Virus record (IMG/VR): IMGVR_UViG_3300031962_000003 | Location: 4,223-68,222 of that record | Length of the DNA stretch: 64,000 nt | From: a virus | Direction: 5' to 3' (one strand) | Shown: positions 61,014-64,000 of the stretch, piece by piece | Position numbering within the stretch: the first letter of the stretch is position 1 | How the letters are laid out: each line of letters opens with the position of its first letter | Translations under genes and position numbers: made by a program | Notes under the pieces: model-generated | What the model was told of the DNA's origin: nothing | The model's database searches: none | The model's input: the letters and a program-made list of their open reading frames with translations, nothing else

Positions 61014-63575
61014 ATGAGCACCCAGTCGGTCCTCGAGTACGCGAGCCGGAAGATCGGCGGCGTCCCGCGCCTGCCGCCGGTCGTCGGCGGCTCCGGCCGC
61101 CGCTACTGGACGATCGCCGACGCTCTGGCCGGGGAGTCCGCGCAGGCCGTCACGGTCGCGGGGATCGTCCCGCAGGCCGGGACGCAGGCCGGGGTCGTCG
61201 TCTTCCAGGCCGGGCAGTCGGCTGTCAACAACTTCTACAAGAACCAGTACGTCCTCGACACCGACACGACGCCGACGAATGGCCTCGTCGCCCAGTGGGC
61301 CCGGATCTCCGACTACATCGGCCCGTCCCGGACCGCGACGCTCGACAAGTCCTTGGACTTCTCGGCGGAGAGCTCCGTCGATGTCATTCAGCCTGCACGG
61401 ATCGCGCTCGAGGAGGACGTGACTGAGGACGTCTTGGTGACGATCCCCGTCGAGATCGACCTCCAGGGCCACAAGATCACCGGCAAGATCGACGTCACGG
61501 CCGGGCAGTTCTGCTGGATCCGGGGTGGTCTCGGATACGTGACAAACGGGATCCAGAAGACGGACTACGGGCTCCTGAAGGTGGACGACTGCGCGGTCTC
61601 CCGCCGGGACGCGACGCTCTACGCCCTCCTCCTGACCTCCGACAGCAACCTCGGCCGCTGCGAGATCTCGAAGTGCGAGTTCTTCGGGCGGGTCGCCGCG
61701 CGCCGCGGGTTCATGGGCTGGGGCATCTACTACTGCAAAAACGAGGGCATCCCGAACTCCGCCGGAGACAACCTCCCGTACACACTCGTCGAGTCTCCAT
61801 CCGGAGGTGCCGCGGTCGTCGTCTCGGCGCTTGACATTTCTATCTTCAGTGAGTTTGGCGGCGCGGTACTCTACTCCGAGAACAGCATTACCGGCCCGGC
61901 CGCCTACATCGTGCTCCAGGCGACGCTCTCGCAGGCCGCCGCCGTCGCGCTCAAGAACCCGTTCCCAGTCTCCTTCGCGCGTGCCTCCGGTGCCGCGACG
62001 CTGACCTGCACCCCTCTGGCCTCTGGATATTTGACCTTCATCAGCCACGGGGCGAATCCTCCTTCTAGCGCCATGAAGCCGACGATCCAGATCTTCTCGG
62101 CGCTGAACTTCACGGGCGTGGCGAGTATTGATCTATCCGCGACCGGATTCCTGGTCGACGCGGTCGGTCACGATGTCATCGGTGTCACCATCGAGGGGGC
62201 ATCCGACATGACGGGATCGATCACGATTTCGGGCGGAGCCACGTTCACGGCAGATCCGTCGACGGACTTCTTTCTGGTCAACCTGGAATCCCGGATGAAC
62301 GGCGGGTCCATCATCTACTCCGCCACGACCACCCTGACTGGCGGCATCCCCTCGTTCATCCGATTCGACGCGAACCAGAACGCAGGCGCCCCGGTCCTCA
62401 CCATTTCCGGGCAGATCATCGGCCGGGACATGGAGCTTCAGGGAGCGATCACGGACTTCGTCGGAGCGACCGCGGTCTCGGTCGGTACTTGGACGGTCTC
62501 TGGAAATCTTTTCCTCGACGCGAAGGGGAACAACCTCGTCACAGTCACCAGTGGCTTCTCCGGAGGAACGATCAACGTCAGCTCGTCGACCATATACGTC
62601 ATCTTCAAGAACGCGGGCGTTTCTCCGAGTTTCGTCCTTCTGGATTTCGCCGGGACCGGAGGAACCTGCACCATCTCCGGGACGCTCCACGTCCAGGCGG
62701 AGCACTACCCGTCCTTTAGCCGGATCGCCCAGGCGACCGGAACCGGAGGGACGGCGACCGTCAGCGGTGCCGTCACCGTCTACGGGATGTCTTGCCAGCT
62801 CGAGTCGAACGTCGTGCTCGCGACCGGGAACGGCGCGACCGCCGTCGTCTCTGGCGCGATCACGTACTTTTCCTGCCGATTCGAGAGCGACTTCAACTTC
62901 GTCCGGACGACGAACGCCGGGGCCGCCGTGACGGGCCCGTCGTCGCTCACCTTCGAGCACTGCACGATCATCGGCGGGCCCCAGACGGTCGTCGGCGCGG
63001 GGACGAATACGTGGACGAACGCGACCCTCGTCTACCGACACTGCTACATCGGCGACATCTTCACGCTGTTCGGTCCCGCCTACACGAGCGTCGAGGCGTT
63101 CCACACGCGCTTCAACGGGAACTCCGGCAATAAATCAATCACCGCGAGCGGGACGCGCCCGGCGACCTACCGGCTCTGGAAGTGCTCCTACGCGGCCCGC
63201 TACGACGACATCCAGCCGGAAGTCCTCGACGTCTACGACGTCCTGCCCGCGCAGGCGGCGCTTGTCCGGGGTCAGCCCGTCTTCGTCAACACCGCCAACC
63301 AGTATCAGGTCTGCGTGGCGTCCTCGATCGTCGACGGCGTCTCGCTCGACGCTCCGGCCGGGGCCGGTTCCCGTACGATCGCCGTCCGTCAGGGCCGCGT
63401 CTACGTGTCAGCGAAGGCCGGGACCGTGAACGGCGACAACCTCGCGCTCGACATTGCGACCCCGACCCAGTGCTACACGAGCCCGTTCCTGCCCGGCCAG
63501 AATGTCGGCACGGCCCTCGAGAACGTCGGCGCGACGATCGCCGGGAAATGCTACGCTGCGGTGAACCTCCGATGA
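61014..63575 (+). CDS. spike/fibre-like protein (beta-helix-like body, small C-terminal beta domain)
   Basis: 853 aa, G/T/S/V-rich with recurring TxTVSG strands; C-terminal GVSLD...GTALE. Confidence 0.6.
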   Translation: MSTQSVLEYASRKIGGVPRLPPVVGGSGRRYWTIADALAGESAQAVTVAGIVPQAGTQAGVVVFQAGQSAVNNFYKNQYVLDTDTTPTNGLVAQWARISDYIGPSRTATLDKSLDFSAESSVDVIQPARIALEEDVTEDVLVTIPVEIDLQGHKITGKIDVTAGQFCWIRGGLGYVTNGIQKTDYGLLKVDDCAVSRRDATLYALLLTSDSNLGRCEISKCEFFGRVAARRGFMGWGIYYCKNEGIPNSAGDNLPYTLVESPSGGAAVVVSALDISIFSEFGGAVLYSENSITGPAAYIVLQATLSQAAAVALKNPFPVSFARASGAATLTCTPLASGYLTFISHGANPPSSAMKPTIQIFSALNFTGVASIDLSATGFLVDAVGHDVIGVTIEGASDMTGSITISGGATFTADPSTDFFLVNLESRMNGGSIIYSATTTLTGGIPSFIRFDANQNAGAPVLTISGQIIGRDMELQGAITDFVGATAVSVGTWTVSGNLFLDAKGNNLVTVTSGFSGGTINVSSSTIYVIFKNAGVSPSFVLLDFAGTGGTCTISGTLHVQAEHYPSFSRIAQATGTGGTATVSGAVTVYGMSCQLESNVVLATGNGATAVVSGAITYFSCRFESDFNFVRTTNAGAAVTGPSSLTFEHCTIIGGPQTVVGAGTNTWTNATLVYRHCYIGDIFTLFGPAYTSVEAFHTRFNGNSGNKSITASGTRPATYRLWKCSYAARYDDIQPEVLDVYDVLPAQAALVRGQPVFVNTANQYQVCVASSIVDGVSLDAPAGAGSRTIAVRQGRVYVSAKAGTVNGDNLALDIATPTQCYTSPFLPGQNVGTALENVGATIAGKCYAAVNLR

Positions 63576-64000
63576 CCGTCGAATACGAGTCCCAGGGAAA
63601 CAACAAGGCTCCGGCCATCCTGACGACGCCGGACTTCTTCGTCCGGCTCCAAGTCGACAGTACGACCCAACTCTCGATCAAGAGGTACAAGGGACAGACG
63701 ATCGAGGTAAACGGCGAACGCGTGGCGGTCGGCTCGTCCGGCTTCACGCTTCTCAACACTGCGAACCTGATCTCTGCGACCGGGATGGACTCCGGAGGTG
63801 CCCCGGCCGTCACGACGCTTTACTACTGCTACGTCTCAAACTCCCAAGCGAGCTTCGCGGCGTTGGGCATCAGCCTGTCGGCGACCGCGCCTGTGCTTGT
63901 GAACGGCGTCTACTATCTCGGGAATTCCGGGAACGCGCTTAACTGGCGATTCGTCGGTTGGGTCTACACGATCTCGAACGGCGGAACCGTGAACTTCGAG
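63572..64000 (+). CDS. 3'-truncated fibre/receptor-binding-like protein (not in ORF track)
   Basis: ATGA overlap; open to the window end: MTVEYESQG...TLYYCYV...LSATAP...WRFVGWV. Confidence 0.65.
   Translation, partial: MTVEYESQGNNKAPAILTTPDFFVRLQVDSTTQLSIKRYKGQTIEVNGERVAVGSSGFTLLNTANLISATGMDSGGAPAVTTLYYCYVSNSQASFAALGISLSATAPVLVNGVYYLGNSGNALNWRFVGWVYTISNGGTVNFE

Noticed and set aside
61014-64000. Evidence for a tailed phage from fibre-like proteins
   Set aside because: Such domains also form vertex spikes; no tube, sheath, tape-measure or baseplate genes were recognised, although they could lie outside the window
1-64000. Apparent abundance of TCGA, GATC and CCGG words
   Set aside because: Can be explained by codon usage (GTC GAC, CTC GAG, ATC); not quantifiable without computation

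Overview
This 64-kb window is part of a high-GC dsDNA virus (bacteriophage) genome; both ends cut through genes. Layout: (i) 1-7.8 kb, + strand: membrane-anchored virion-type proteins and glycosyltransferases. (ii) 7.8-48.5 kb, - strand: early/accessory arm with many small ORFs, HNH endonucleases, DUF932, a phosphatase, GroES, a tyrosine recombinase, ThyX, a glycosyltransferase cluster, a candidate origin, a P4/D5-type primase-helicase, SSB-like and Sak4-like proteins and an XPD/DinG helicase. (iii) 48.7-64 kb, + strand: morphogenesis module with a transglutaminase-like Cys protease, Arg-rich Asn-Pro-punctuated core proteins, a probable jelly-roll capsid gene split by a group I intron encoding LAGLIDADG, further beta-rich capsid-like proteins and spike/fibre proteins. 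I recognised no terminase, portal, HK97 capsid or tail genes, so I infer a large tailless, membrane-containing virus. Main observations: a 24-bp 9-6-9 quasi-palindrome at consecutive gene junctions near the recombinase (cassette array or operator array); a shared helical leader plus G[LMV]G motif in virion proteins; a capsid paralogue in the early arm; a GG-ending protein next to a Cys-containing partner; and two pseudoknotted RNAs with their own promoters. All family calls come from reading motifs by eye; no database search was run.
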